Assembly (NCBI GenBank): GCA_001643675.2
Contig: LSRY02000025.1
Coordinates: 1,054,001 to 1,118,000, forward strand
Length of the DNA: 64,000 nt
Source of the DNA: Monocercomonoides exilis PA203
Lineage: Eukaryota > Protista > Preaxostyla
Reading direction: 5' to 3'
In this document: positions 45,950-58,000 of the stretch, in pieces
Numbering within the stretch: the first letter of the stretch is position 1
Layout of the letters: each line of letters opens with the position of its first letter
Made by a program: the position numbers and the translations under genes
Notes under the pieces: model-generated
Told to the model about the DNA's origin: nothing
Databases searched by the model: none
The model's input: the letters and a program-made list of their open reading frames with translations, nothing else

Positions 45950-47500
45950 GATGAGCCATTCATCATTCACTCTCTCTTTCTTCTTCTCTTCATTTCCACT
46001 CTTTTCCAATCTGCTCGTTATACTCTCACCTGTTTTACCTTTTCACTTGGCTTCGTCTGCTTCTAACCAGCAAACATCCAAATTAACTTTTCTTCGTTAT
46101 TCGTTCCCCGCTTTCTTGCTCCTTTACCATTTTTAGTATTTTTCAAATTTTGTGAACAGTTGTGTTTGCATTTCAAAAATGTCTTATCTGTTTTTCTCGT
46201 TGATAAAAGATGCTTTAAAGAAACCATTCGTTCCAATTAAAAGGGCGTATAATGTAAACCTTCTCTGCATATGTTCTTGAAAAAATTAGAAATGACAAAA
46301 ATTGCAAATAAACAAAGAAAGAAATCAAACTCGTTGTTGTTATCACTCAAAAATAAATTCATTTTGCAAATATACACATTATATATTATAATATTATTCA
46401 ATCACATTCTTTTTTTCAATTCAGAAAATTTTCCATCATTCAAAAAAATCAATTATTATCTGCAAACAAGAACATATGCATTTTTTCTTTCTTCTCCAGC
46501 TAAGCATTCTCATTGCGAAATGCAAATACCTTATCCATCCTCCCTTCTCGCTTTGCGACTTCTTGCTCCTCGCTTTCTGTCCTGTATTTGCCTTGTTTCC
46601 ATATCTTCCTTCTCCCTCCAAGTAACCTCGTCCTTTCACTATGTTTCCATCTTTTTCTTCTCTCTCTCTCTCTCTCTTATCGCTCGCTTTCAATTCCTCC
46701 AATAATGTTGTCTTTTCGTCCCATGCAAATCCTTCCAATGCATTATCGTTCAATATCACAGCCTTTTCTGATCAATTGCATGTATTTGAATAAAATCTGC
46801 ATATCTTCAAATATCTCCACTAAAATACCTAAAAAGGGAAAGACAATGGAGAATGTGAAAGTCAAATGAATAGAATTTATGAAAAAATGATTTAAACCTC
46901 GCAATGAATGTCATGTGGTTGATGTTCAAGTGATGTTCAAAACATTGCTTTTCATTGTTAAAAAGCAACCAATGCATTTTCGACAAATCTGATAAAGTTG
47001 CAATGGAAATGGAAATATATTCAAAGAAGAATGCAAATCGGAATGGATTTGGAAAATTGACAAAATCACTGAAATCTTTGAAACTTCACTTGGCAAAATA
47101 AATAAATGCATAAAGAATTGAAGAAAACGTTGGCAAAAAAATAGTGGTGCACTCAAAGGAATATTCTCTGTTTCTGTGCACGGTGTTTGTGGTGCTTTGT
47201 CAAAGGAATCAACATCTGCTCCGCTATTAAGCAGTTTTGCTCTGACTGTTCAAAATGGGAATGCCGGCGGACTCTACTTTTATGTGTTGCCTTTCTTCAG
47301 AATTTTTTGTTTGATCTGGCTGTTGAACTGCACTGATTGAATGAGGATTTGACAATGCTCCTTCAGTTGAATATGCCTTCACTTTCAATTCTTTTGTTTC
47401 TGCATCTCCATCGCAAAAAAAATGGAGTAGTTCCGGTCTTTTCTTTTTCGATGCTGCTCTCACAATAAGGTTCTATTTGGATTTTACAGTTATCAGAACA
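45950..47500 (-). pseudogene. Possible decayed coding remnant
   Basis: Coding-like composition and short minus-strand frames (47463-47227, 47156-46926, 46759-46436) broken by stops and frame changes; no recognisable motif. Confidence 0.25.
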
Positions 47501-47939
47501 TTTTTAATGGTTCAAATCAAATCAAATTATCTTTTCTCGAATCAGCTTTGTGATTATAACTAAAATGCATATAATGTCAAAAATGACATGGTATAGCTTT
47601 GTTTTCCCTGTAAATGAATTTTTGTCCTTTTGTTTTTAATTATTTTTTAAAAAAACAACAATAGTTAATTGAATATAAAAACGTTCATTTTTCTTTTTTT
47701 CACAAGATTAAGAAATGAAAATCAGTTATTTCTTATCGAATTCCAATTTTAAAAGCATTTTTTCAAACATTTATTGTGAGTGAAGATGTTATTTTTTTTT
47801 TTAACTTTTTGTTGCATAATGCACTATGTTTTTATTCCATTTCTATTTATTATTTTTGAAAAAACCCCTTTTGTTTATTTTTCAAGTGAAAATTCAAATT
47901 GAAAATTTTCATCATAATTTCATTCTAATACACGAAAAT

Positions 47940-48420
47940 ACACCAGAATAGAACAAATAACATTATCCAGCATTTGTTTCCATATTGATGAAATTCGGTG
48001 AGAAGGAAAGAAAATTTGATAAAGACTTGAAATTTTTGTTTTTACTATAAAAAAAAACAAAAAAAAGAGGAAAATTTTTGTCTAAAACTTCATTAAAAAA
48101 ATATGCTCAGTGGATGAACATTTTTTATTCATAAAATATGAAAAAAATGAGTTCTTTTTTTCGAATCCATATCATGTGTCAAAATTTTTTTGAAAAGTTC
48201 CTTTTATTTAATTTTCAAAGAAAATAAAAATTTCGTATTTCGATCAAATTTCTGTTTCCACTCACCAAACTTTACTGTTATGAAAATAATATCTCAACAA
48301 TGTTATTATTTCCATTTTTGTGAATTTTCATGATTGGGAACAGAAATTTGATCGAAACATGAAATTTTCAATTTGTTAGAAAATTAAACAAAAGGAACTT
48401 TTCACAAAAATTTAGACATG
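47940..48420. repeat. Nested foldback repeats (MITE-like)
   Basis: 48173-48260 is an ~85-bp imperfect inverted repeat of 48336-48420 (GAAAAGTTCCTTTT...TTTCGATCAAATTTCTGTT). 47945-48037 is a more decayed inverted copy of 48231-48325. Confidence 0.7.
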
Positions 48421-48697
48421 TTGCAAAATATTATGTCATGATTTTAATGATGCAAGTTAGCAATTATGAAATTTCAATTTATTCACAAATTTGATAAAGT
48501 ATTATAAAGTTTAAAAGTGATTCAATTTTATTGTGCACAAAGCAAAACAGCTTGATAGTTCAAGTTTCACCACAAATTTCTTTTCAAAAACGATGATCCA
48601 AATTCTTTTTCCAAACAGTCGCTCACAATTCATGTTAATTGTTAAATGTCGGTAACAATGATTCTTTAATTATTATGGTTGTTCCAGTTTAACATAT

Positions 48698-48951
48698 GGG
48701 TTATAATTTTTGAAAAGTCGCAACTGTTTAATATCTGGGTTAAATAAAAATATTCATAATTAGATCATTTTTTGCAAGATATTCATCAAGCTTCTCTGCC
48801 ATGAAAATGTTCTTTCATCAAATAGGTTTGAATTTTTATATTTGCATATTAAAATAGTTTGATGAATAAATTGAAAAAAAATGATCTAATTATGAATATT
48901 TTTATTTAACCCAGATATTAAACAGTTGCGACTTTTCAAAAATTATAACCC
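48698..48951. mobile_element. Young MITE (254 bp) with perfect ~76-bp TIRs, flanked by ATAT
   Basis: ATAT|GGGTTATAATTTTTGAAAAGTCGCAACTG...TAGATCATTTTTT at 48698-48773 is the exact reverse complement of 48876-48951, followed by ATAT. Confidence 0.9.
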
Positions 48952-48976
48952 ATATTTGTCTATCTTTTCACTGGAA

Positions 48977-50383
48977 ATGCCTTTTTCATTATCGACTTTC
49001 AATATATCTTCATTTGAAACAACATTAACAGGATTCATTCCAAAATTAGACCTCCACTTCATTTCATCCATCTTGTATCGAAACCCTTCAAAAACAAAAG
49101 TTTCATTTATTCGTTCCTTCTTCGACGCATGCAAAATTAGAAAAGTGAAAATACTTTCAAACGTGCGAATTGCAAAGGCACTCAACTGCACACCGAGTTT
49201 TATCTGCCACATTCGAACCGGATACAAAAGGAAAAAGGTTATTGGGAAATAGAACATATTGATGACCAGGAAACAAGAAAAATGAGTCACAGAAATTCTG
49301 AAAAATTTGAGAGAGATAAGAAAACAAATCACACTGAAAACGCTAAGAGCCGTTGTTGCGAAAGTTTGTCACAAAACGCCTTCTTACAATTTTCATTCTT
49401 CATTCATAAAAAGGCATAGCGAGGAATTGATGATCGTCTCTTCAAGATTGAGAGACGTAAAAAGAATGAATATATCGGAACAAAGCATTATCACCTGGAA
49501 AAATCATTTAATTCAATATGTGTGTGGAAAATATTCTTCAATGATCTTTTGTGCTGATGAATCAGGTTATCACGCGCATGAAGATACAAGAAAGATGAAC
49601 TTCATAGTGGGAACAAATGAAAATCGTGAAATCAATCTCACGCCTGCAGATAGAAGAGAGAAAAGGATATCATTGCTCCATCGCATTTCGCTTGATGGAA
49701 CTTTTGTTCCTCCTTGTTTTCTGGTGCAAAAACCATTCAACACAAGATCCGTTCTATTTCTAGGATATCAAACCAGAATTCATGGTTGTGTGGAAATCGG
49801 AAATTCGTCTTATTTCACAAAGGAGTTGTTCGAAAACTGGATTGAGAAAGTTTTCATTCCTCAAATCAACATCAAAAGAATAATTTTACCAGATAAGCAT
49901 GCACATGCTGTGTTAATGTTTGATGAATACCGAATACACATGTCAGATAATGTATTGACTCGACTTGCTAATGAAAATATATTGCTTTTGGTTTTACCTC
50001 TGAATACCACACATTTGCTGCAGTCATTGGATTTGTCAATTTTTTCTCTTTGGAAGCTTTTATTTCAACAGGTTAGGATTGATTCAACACACGACAGCGT
50101 AAAACAAATTTTGTGGGTTGGAATGAACGCAATATTGCAAGTTTCTTCATCGATAAACATTTTTTCTGCTTTTAAGGAAAGTGGACTTGTGAATGATTTT
50201 CACAGAACTCCTTCAACAGCGGCGATCTTCAAAGAAAGCTTCGAAAAAGTGATTAAAATTGTCAAATTGGACAACAAATCATTGCCGCTTTCATGTGCAA
50301 GAAAAACAAGATAAACAAAGAGAGGAAAATGGGGAATTATGAACATTGACAAAATTCCAGTTCATTTTGGACTTCCGCAATAA
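48977..50383 (+). pseudogene. pogo-type DD35D transposase pseudogene (HTH plus DDE_1-like domain)
   Basis: One frame of 468 codons with in-frame TAG 49250, TGA 49283 and TAA 50312. Motifs IAKALNCTPSFI (HTH), FCADESG, LMFDEYRIH, LPLNTTHLLQSLDLSIF, with 35 residues between the second and third Asp. Confidence 0.85.
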
Positions 50384-50959
50384 ACAACACTTAGTGAACA
50401 ATTTAAATTTTGAATAGTTTTTTTCATTCTTATTTAATCGCGCATTTCAAAAAAAACATGATATAATTAACAAAATATTCAGCAAATCTTTGATTTTCAA
50501 GATTTATGAATTTCAAAATGAATTGACAATTAACAAGAACAGTGAATAACTGAAGTGGAAAAGAAACTTCGAATATTTTGTTGCAGATAAAAAAAACAAA
50601 AGTTGAAGAGAAAAGAAAAGAAAGAAAATATAAATGAAAAAATGTTAATAATAAACAAGAATTATAGTTAATGAATTCAAACATAAAGAATAAGAAAAAT
50701 CGGCTATTTGTTAAAAACCAAGAAAGTTTTTTGTGATGAATTTAGAAATCAAATCAATAACAGCGGCTTAAATTTTGAGAATGAATTTTCCGGTTAACAG
50801 AGAATTTTTTTTCCAAATGCTCAAAACATTGAAATTGCAACAAAAGTTAATGTGTTTGATGAAAAAAATAACACAATTTTCTGTAAATAGCGTGACTTTA
50901 TTTCAGTGTTCATTTATTAATATTCAAAGGATGTTTTCGAATAAAGATTTTTGATCAAC

Positions 50960-51410
50960 ACAACGTGGCTGTTCATTCTTTAAATCATCCTTTCGTTCAA
51001 GTATTGATCAAAATTTTTTTCTCAATGGGATTTTGAATTAGATTTATTTTCTTTGAAACATCGTCATAAAATGAATGCATTTTCCTTAGAAGTTCATTTT
51101 TTATAAAATCACATTGATAACAATAATTTAAATCAAAACTCGAACGAAAGACTGATTTCAAAAAGGATCAGCCACATTTCCTTTTAAGCTTCATCACAAT
51201 ATGCAAGAGTTATCCGACGTAATTCATTGTTTCAAAATCCCATTTATGTTGAAATTATTTTCTGAACTCGAATGAAAGTGTGATTTCGAAAAGGACCAAC
51301 CATCTTGTTTTTAAAAAAATCTCACATTTTCTAAAAATTTTGATCATAAATGACTTTGCCTTGATTTAAAAATTGAAAACAATATAATATTTTCTGAACT
51401 CCAAAAAGCA
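50960..51410. repeat. Degenerate inverted plus direct repeats
   Basis: 50962-51012 is an inverted copy of 51126-51178 (CTCGAACGAAAG..TGATTT.AA..G..CAGCCAC). A direct copy lies at ~51262-51305 and a remnant at ~51390. Confidence 0.45.
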
Positions 51411-51693
51411 GATATTAATAATATTTCAATCCAAATATTTATTTGAAATCAAATTATTTTGTGATGTTACAAATTTTAAATAAAAAAAAATTTAAAATTT
51501 GACACTCCACGGTTTATTATTTATAATTAAAAATGAAGAATTACAACCCAACAAAAAGCTACATCGAGTAAAGTAAAGTAAAGAAAAGAAATCAAACATC
51601 ATAATAAAATAAATGCAGTTCAATCAAAAAATATATACAGCATATAAACATAATATGACAATTTAACTGCAAATATTTCAAATTTATAAAATT

Positions 51694-54600
51694 TCATATT
51701 TTCTCAGATGTAACATTTCGAGAGCTTTTATGATGAGTTGAGCTTCGGCGAGTCTTTTTGCGAGAATCCTGCGGATGAGACGAGCCTGAGTAGTGCTGTT
51801 GATGCTTGCGGGAACTCGAATGTGACGATGCATTGAGAACAGAATCAGGCGACAGCTGTGTTGAATCATCCACTTCCACCATTGACTGTGTCACCGTCTC
51901 ATCATTTACACGCTTTGTAAGTCGCTCTTCAGCAGGCAATGTTTTTGCAGGATGTGGATGTGGATGTCGATGCTTCGATGAATGTGACGAGGCCAAAGAG
52001 GACGATGAAGAAGAGGAAGAAGAAGAGGAGGAAGAAGAAGAGGAGGAAGAAGAAGAAGATGATGAAGTTGTATTCGCACCTTTCACTTTGTCCGTGCGTG
52101 TTGAGAGTCGCTTGCTATTTGCGGCATTTGGAGGAGAAGGTGTGGGTGCCTTTGTGGAGTGCGAAGCTGATGAAGATGCAGAAGCAGATGAAGCAGACTT
52201 CGTGTGCTCGTCAGAATCACGTGGAGAGAGAACAGTTGAAGAAGAAGAAGAAGAAGAAGAAGAAGATTGTCTTTTCTTTGAGGAAGATTTGTGCTTTTTC
52301 TCTTCATTCTTACCAGATGCCATTGTTTGTGGCTCAGATGCCTTCTCATACTCTTCAAAGGCAGAAACAGCAGGAACTCTGTGGATGGCATCCAGTGTGT
52401 AGCGGCGGGGCATAATCTGATAGTGCTTCTGATAGGCACTTTCTGCGGTGCCTCGCGGGGGAAGGGCAGAAAATGAGTTGTGCCGGCCGATCTGGCTGAG
52501 AGGATAGAATTGTTGGGGAGAGGGAGGAGAGGCGGTGTTGGGGTTGGTGGAGGAAGTATTAACAGAGGACGAGGAGGACGAGGACGAGGACGAGGATGAG
52601 GAGGAGGAAGAAGAAGAGTTAGGATGCTGATGAGGTGGCTGTGATGAACTCGGAATGTCTGGAGACAGTTCAGCAGAGGCAGCAGATGGCATAGCAGATG
52701 GAATGACATCGAGTGTTTCAGATGAAGTGAGTGGAGATGCATCGCGAATGGGGTTGCGGGAGTTGTTGCGAGACATCTCATTTTTGGAGGAGTTTGAAGG
52801 ATTAGCAGTGTTGTTGGAGTTGGAGATGGAGTTTGGGTTAGGATAGTTTGTGGAAGAAGAAGAAGAAGAGGAGGAGGAGGAAGATGACGAAGGAACAGTA
52901 GAAGAAGTCAGAGAGGAGACAGGAGTTACAACAGGAACAGGAACAGGGATAGAGGCGAGGTCAGAATGAGAGCGGACAATTGATGCAGAATGCTTAAATG
53001 CAGAAGAAGGGCGGGAGGAGGAAGAAGCTTGTGGTGTTTGCAGGAGAGAGTGTGTGAGAGGAGGCGCATTGATCGAAGTCTGCGGCTGGGATTGTCCATA
53101 CGGCGACGACGACACTTGCTCCACAGCCTCCAGCGGAAGAGGTTGTGGCACTTCAGCTGCAGAGTGGATCATCTTCTTCTTTGCAGCTGGCTTTGTGTTG
53201 GTGGCAGAGAGAGACGAGATGAGCAGCGATGCAATGTCCACCTTCCGCTTGGTGTCTTCTTTCTTCTCCTTCTCGTTCTCTCTCACATAATACGCCCCAA
53301 ACGTGCGTGTCCGTCCAAACAACCCACCGTGCACCCTCCTTCCGCCTGCAGAGGGCGTCGATGATCCATTGATGCGAGAGTCAAGTGGGATGAATGACAC
53401 ATCCGCTCCTGATGCTGAGCCCACAATCACCCCACTTACCACAGCAGAGTGGCGCTTCTTGGACGGCAGAAGGGAGCTGGCAGAGGCAAATGAGGAAGGA
53501 GAAGATGTGGAAGACTGCCCTGTCTTGTCTGGATTCGGGCGGATGATGTTCGACAACGGAAGAGATTGGGAAGAGGATGAAGATGATGAATTGTACACTG
53601 TGATGTGCTTCTTGCCTATCAGCGGGTGCACATCAGAAAATCGGGACTTCTGGCGAGAGGAGGAATACACACGTGATTGCCCACTGAGCAGAGGTGTCTC
53701 GTCAGAATCATTCAGACTCTGCAAATTGCCGCTTCTGGAATCTCTTTTGCTGCCAATTCGTCCTTTCTCTAAATCGTCTTTTGAATTGTTTTTCTTTCCT
53801 TTGACTGCAGATTTCGTTTCTCCTTCTTCATTCTCCTCTTCCTCTTCATCCTCTTCTCTCACGTTTTCGTATTCCATAGGCAAGTCTCCAGGCATCACAG
53901 CCACTTCCACTCTCTTTCCAACAAGCACCAGCATCGCTACAGACAGAAGCACTTGCCCAATGACCGTGTTCAGCCACGAGAGGACAATGTGAAACACCAT
54001 TCCTGTCGACTGGTCAGTTACAAGCGCCAAAACGAGAATGATTCCTCTCGCCAGAAAGAGTAACCAACAAATGACTGATTGAAAACTTATCTTCTTCTTC
54101 AGCTTTGATACAGTTCGAGTCGCAATTGCAGGGGACATTTTTTTCAAAATGTAGATTCCTAAAACCAAAAATACTATCGATATAATAATATTTATGGCTG
54201 CAGAATATGATGCTTCTGAAAGATGAAACACTCGAATTAAATTGTGGTAGGATTTGCTATCTGTATAATACAATGAAATTTGAAGAGCAATGAGAACAGC
54301 TGGAACAATGCAGCAGAATATCAATATTGGAAGAAGAATATGGCAGATTTTAACTCGGCGAAACGAAACGTCCGAAACAAGAATTACAACCCAATGTGCA
54401 ACAACACAAATGAAACAGGTGTTAAAGGCATATGTCGCAAAAGCAGTGAGCATTGTTTCAAGGGGATGCTGTTCGAGAATTGGTCTACCAGATGTTCCAA
54501 ATACTGCATGCGAAATGATGCTGATCAAATGCATTCAGTTAAAAAATTATGAAATTGAATAAAAATGTGAAAGAGTAATAAATTAAAATATATTTTAGCA

Positions 54601-54974
54601 AACTGTAAAACGAAAGAAATTGGCAATAACAAATGGAACCAAAATAATAGCTTGAAAGGGTCTTTTCCTTTTGGAAGCTTTTTGATGAACTCAAGGCGTA
54701 TTAGCTCTTCTATAGAGTAACAAAGTAAAAGTCCACAAATGACACTTTCCGTAATAAATATTAAAATTTATAAGTATTAAGTTAAAATAATAATAATAAA
54801 GAAAGCAAACGATTCGACAATGATGGTAATATTATGTAAAGATTCATCAAAATCTGTTGTAGAAAGGAGTTTATTAATCCATCGTGAAGCTCTGTAGATG
54901 CCTGGTGATTCTGATTTTGTCCGTAATGCCGATGTTGTACTCTTAAAGGTATGCGAATGGATATTATTTACCAT
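51694..54974 (-). CDS. 7TM THH1/TOM1/TOM3 (GPR137-like) membrane protein with ~740-aa disordered cytoplasmic tail
   Basis: ATG 54974. Two short 5' exons (..ITIIVES|VICGLLLCYSIEELIRL...FHLLLPISFVL) splice to the 51694-54534 ORF. About seven hydrophobic helices, then a Ser-rich tail. Paralog of the 1-664 gene. Confidence 0.8.
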
Positions 54975-55071
54975 TTCCAGAAACGCATTTAAGGCTTGTA
55001 CTGTTATTTTAAAGTCAAAAGCAAAATGATTATACTTTGGAATGATCAACTCCCAAAACTCAGAGTCATTA
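54975..55071. promoter_or_regulatory. Putative bidirectional promoter/5'UTR region
   Basis: Only 97 bp between the divergent predicted start codons at 54974 (-) and 55072 (+). Confidence 0.5.
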
Positions 55072-58000
55072 ATGAGCTTAACATTGAAGTTTGTCTTTTG
55101 ATTGCCATTACCGTCATTATGCTTATTTTTTGCAGAGAATTTGCTTTAGCAGTGCGAGCTGCAGACACACAGGCACACGAAAGAGCAATTGTTGCTAAAG
55201 AATCAGCTGCCATTCGAACAAGTTTTAAAGACCCTAAAGACAAATTAAAGCACCGAAATGTTGTGAAGTGCTTATTTATGCATTTAATTGGATATCCAGC
55301 TCATTTTGCAAAAGGTTTAATTTATGATACTTATCTAACATTGTTTTTAAAAGAAAATACTTAAAATCCTTTTTGCATTGATCTTACAATGCTACTGCTG
55401 TTATAATTGAATCTTGTTTTATACTATTTAGTGGAAGCTATCCATTTAATTGCACAACCAAAGTTTTTTATGAAACGTCTTGGATATTTGATTGTGAGCA
55501 TCCTTATTGATGAAAAAGATGAACTACTTCCACTTCTTCCAAATTCATTGAATACCGACCTTAGCTCAACAAACAACTTTATTGTTGCGACTGCGTTAGG
55601 TTGTGTATCGAGCATCGCAGATGCAGATATATTTCGACAACTTCTTCCACAAATTGAACAATGCTTCAAGCATTCACATGTTTTTATACGAAAGAAAGCA
55701 ATATTGTGCGCTGTAACAGCAGTGCGCAAGGATTCATCTTTTGGAGAAGTGTTTGCCGAGTATTTATTGAGCATTCTGGCAGAGCATTCTCATGCTATTA
55801 TGACAACATCTTGCGCTCTTCTGATGGAATTGATAACTTCAGCACCAGAACTCATTTTACCTCAAATTGTGGTATGTTAATAAATGAAATATTTTATTAC
55901 TTACTATTTGTTGGATTCTCCATTTTTATGCTATTTTTAATCAATGAGAATGAAATTTTTTTATTATTTTTGTATTTGAAAATTTCAAAAACTAATTAAA
56001 TAATTTTTCCTCTCCTTCAAACTGATCAAATTTATTTATGAAATTGCCTTTTTCTTTTTATGTTCCACTATTTATTAGCCCCTCACGCAAACGCTTGTCA
56101 AAGCACTGAAATCCTTGAACAGTCCACAGAGCAGCAGTTCGTCCTCCCGCCTCTCCTCCCACAGCTCGAGTGCCTCCTCCTCATACACCTCGACGGACCC
56201 TCTTCTGCTCATCAAGCTTCTCCAGTCGCTGCGGATGTGCTGCCAGCTGGCATCACAGATAGACGATCCTTCACTGGGCAACTCAAGAGACGTGATGGTG
56301 GCAACGGTGGATGCTCTGACGCCAATCCTGTCATCTGCTGCAGCTGTTGAGAGAGAGCACCAGAAGGAGAAAGTGCCTGTAACGATGATGCACTCAGCTG
56401 TTCTGTATGAGACAGTGATGACGCTGCTGACGGTGCCTGCTGAAGTGGTATGTTGAATGATGATGAATATCATAAATTGGTTGGAGGACAAAAAGTGAAA
56501 TTTTGGAAAACGTTGAACAATTGTAATAATCATTTTGTATTTTATTTTTTAATTTCTTATTTCATCATATTTGTTTATCTATCTATTGTGTGTGCGTGTA
56601 TTTATCAGTCTACAAGAACGATGGCAATGACTACGCTTCTTCGCTTTCTGGGAAGAAAAGACAACAATTCACGTTATGTTGCCCTGTCACTTTTGGGAAA
56701 AGTCATCGACAAAGGAGAAAGTGTGTTTTAATAATCTGTTTTTGTTATTTTTATATTTTATTCATTCTTTTTATTTTGAACAATGATGAAATCCATTTTT
56801 TATATCCTTTGTGCCTTTCGTTAACACATTATTCTCATAATTATATTTCTCCTTTTATTTCTATTCTATTTTTTTTTTAATATTCTTCATTCTAATTGTT
56901 CATCAATAATCTGTTAATAGATCGTGCTCTGATGCAGCGCAATAGAGAGGGTGTGCTGTCGTGTCTGCTGGATGTGGATGAGTCCATCAGAAAGAGAGCC
57001 ATGTCTCTTGTGACTGACATGGCTGATGAACTCAGCCTCCCTCAGATGGTATGCCACTCGACAGGAGAAATATATCATGATTAATGACAATACATTTATT
57101 TATTTATCGATTTTTTTAAACACTTCTTTCTTTCTTTCTTTCTCTTGTTAATCCATTCACTCATATTTTACACAGTTTCCCAAGTTGTTGAATGCCATTG
57201 CGATTTCTGACTCATCAACTCGCACAGAAATGACACAGAGGACATGTCAAATCATTGAAGAATACTACCCTTCACTCAGATGGTACATCGATGCTATGAT
57301 TATGGTGTGCATTTATATCTGTTTCAAATTCTAATCATATAAATTGGTTTATTCTTTCTTTTCATTTCATTCCATTCCTTTCTATTTGTTCAATCAAAAA
57401 ACAATCCTTTCAGCTTCTTCTAGTTGCACCATTGGACATTCCACTTGACTCCACATCTGCCTTCCTCTCAGCCATCCTGTCACATCCTGACATCCACCCC
57501 TTCTTTGTGCGCCGTTTCTTCACCTGTCTCCTCATCCTCCGCGCCCAACGTGCTCTTCTCGCAAAGGAGAAGAAGGCGAAAGGGCGTGCTGTGAATGAAG
57601 ATCTCTTTGCTTTATCTGTCTTCTCCTCTGCTCAACAGGTCTCGTCTCGCAAAAACGGAGAAGGAGAACAAGATGCAGGCAAAGACGGCTCTTCCTCTCG
57701 CTCCACCTCTTTCTCTGGCATTGCTGCTGCTACTTCCTCCACTAAGCCTTCTTCTTCCTCTTCCTCCTCTTCTTCTAAGCGCACTTCTTCAACAAACATG
57801 GCACCTGCACAGACAAAAGGCCCCTCCTCCTCCTCATCTCATGAAGTGTCTACATCTTCCTCCTCTCCTCCTTCCATCTCTTCTCTCCTCCATCTCTTTT
57901 CAGACAGCATCCCTTCTGCCTCTGCACTCGGCAAATCCACCTTCCCCTTCCCTATCCCTCCCCATCTCCTCTCCACTCTCAACATCCAAGAGGTCATCAA

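Larger units (their letters stand above)
48616..50552 (+). mobile_element. Decayed pogo-like DNA transposon with degenerate ~32-bp TIRs
   Basis: Left CAGTCGCTCACAATTCATGTTAATTGTTAAAT versus right reverse complement CAGTTATTCACTGTTCTTGTTAATTGTCAATT (24/32 by eye). These bracket the transposase pseudogene. Flanks are AA rather than TA. Confidence 0.6.

Noticed and set aside
48943-49332. 129-aa minus-strand ORF in the transposon
   Set aside because: Antisense to the transposase HTH region, runs into the MITE, and has no motif.
49250-50314. In-frame stops in the transposase as evidence of stop-codon reassignment or readthrough
   Set aside because: All three stop types occur, conserved residues are also degraded, and host genes end in TAA, TAG and TGA while multi-kb ORFs contain none. 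Simple decay under the standard code explains it.
54996-55364. ORF-track start for AP-1 gamma at 54996
   Set aside because: ATG 55072 plus intron 55089-55135 gives the family-typical N-terminus MSLTLKEF.
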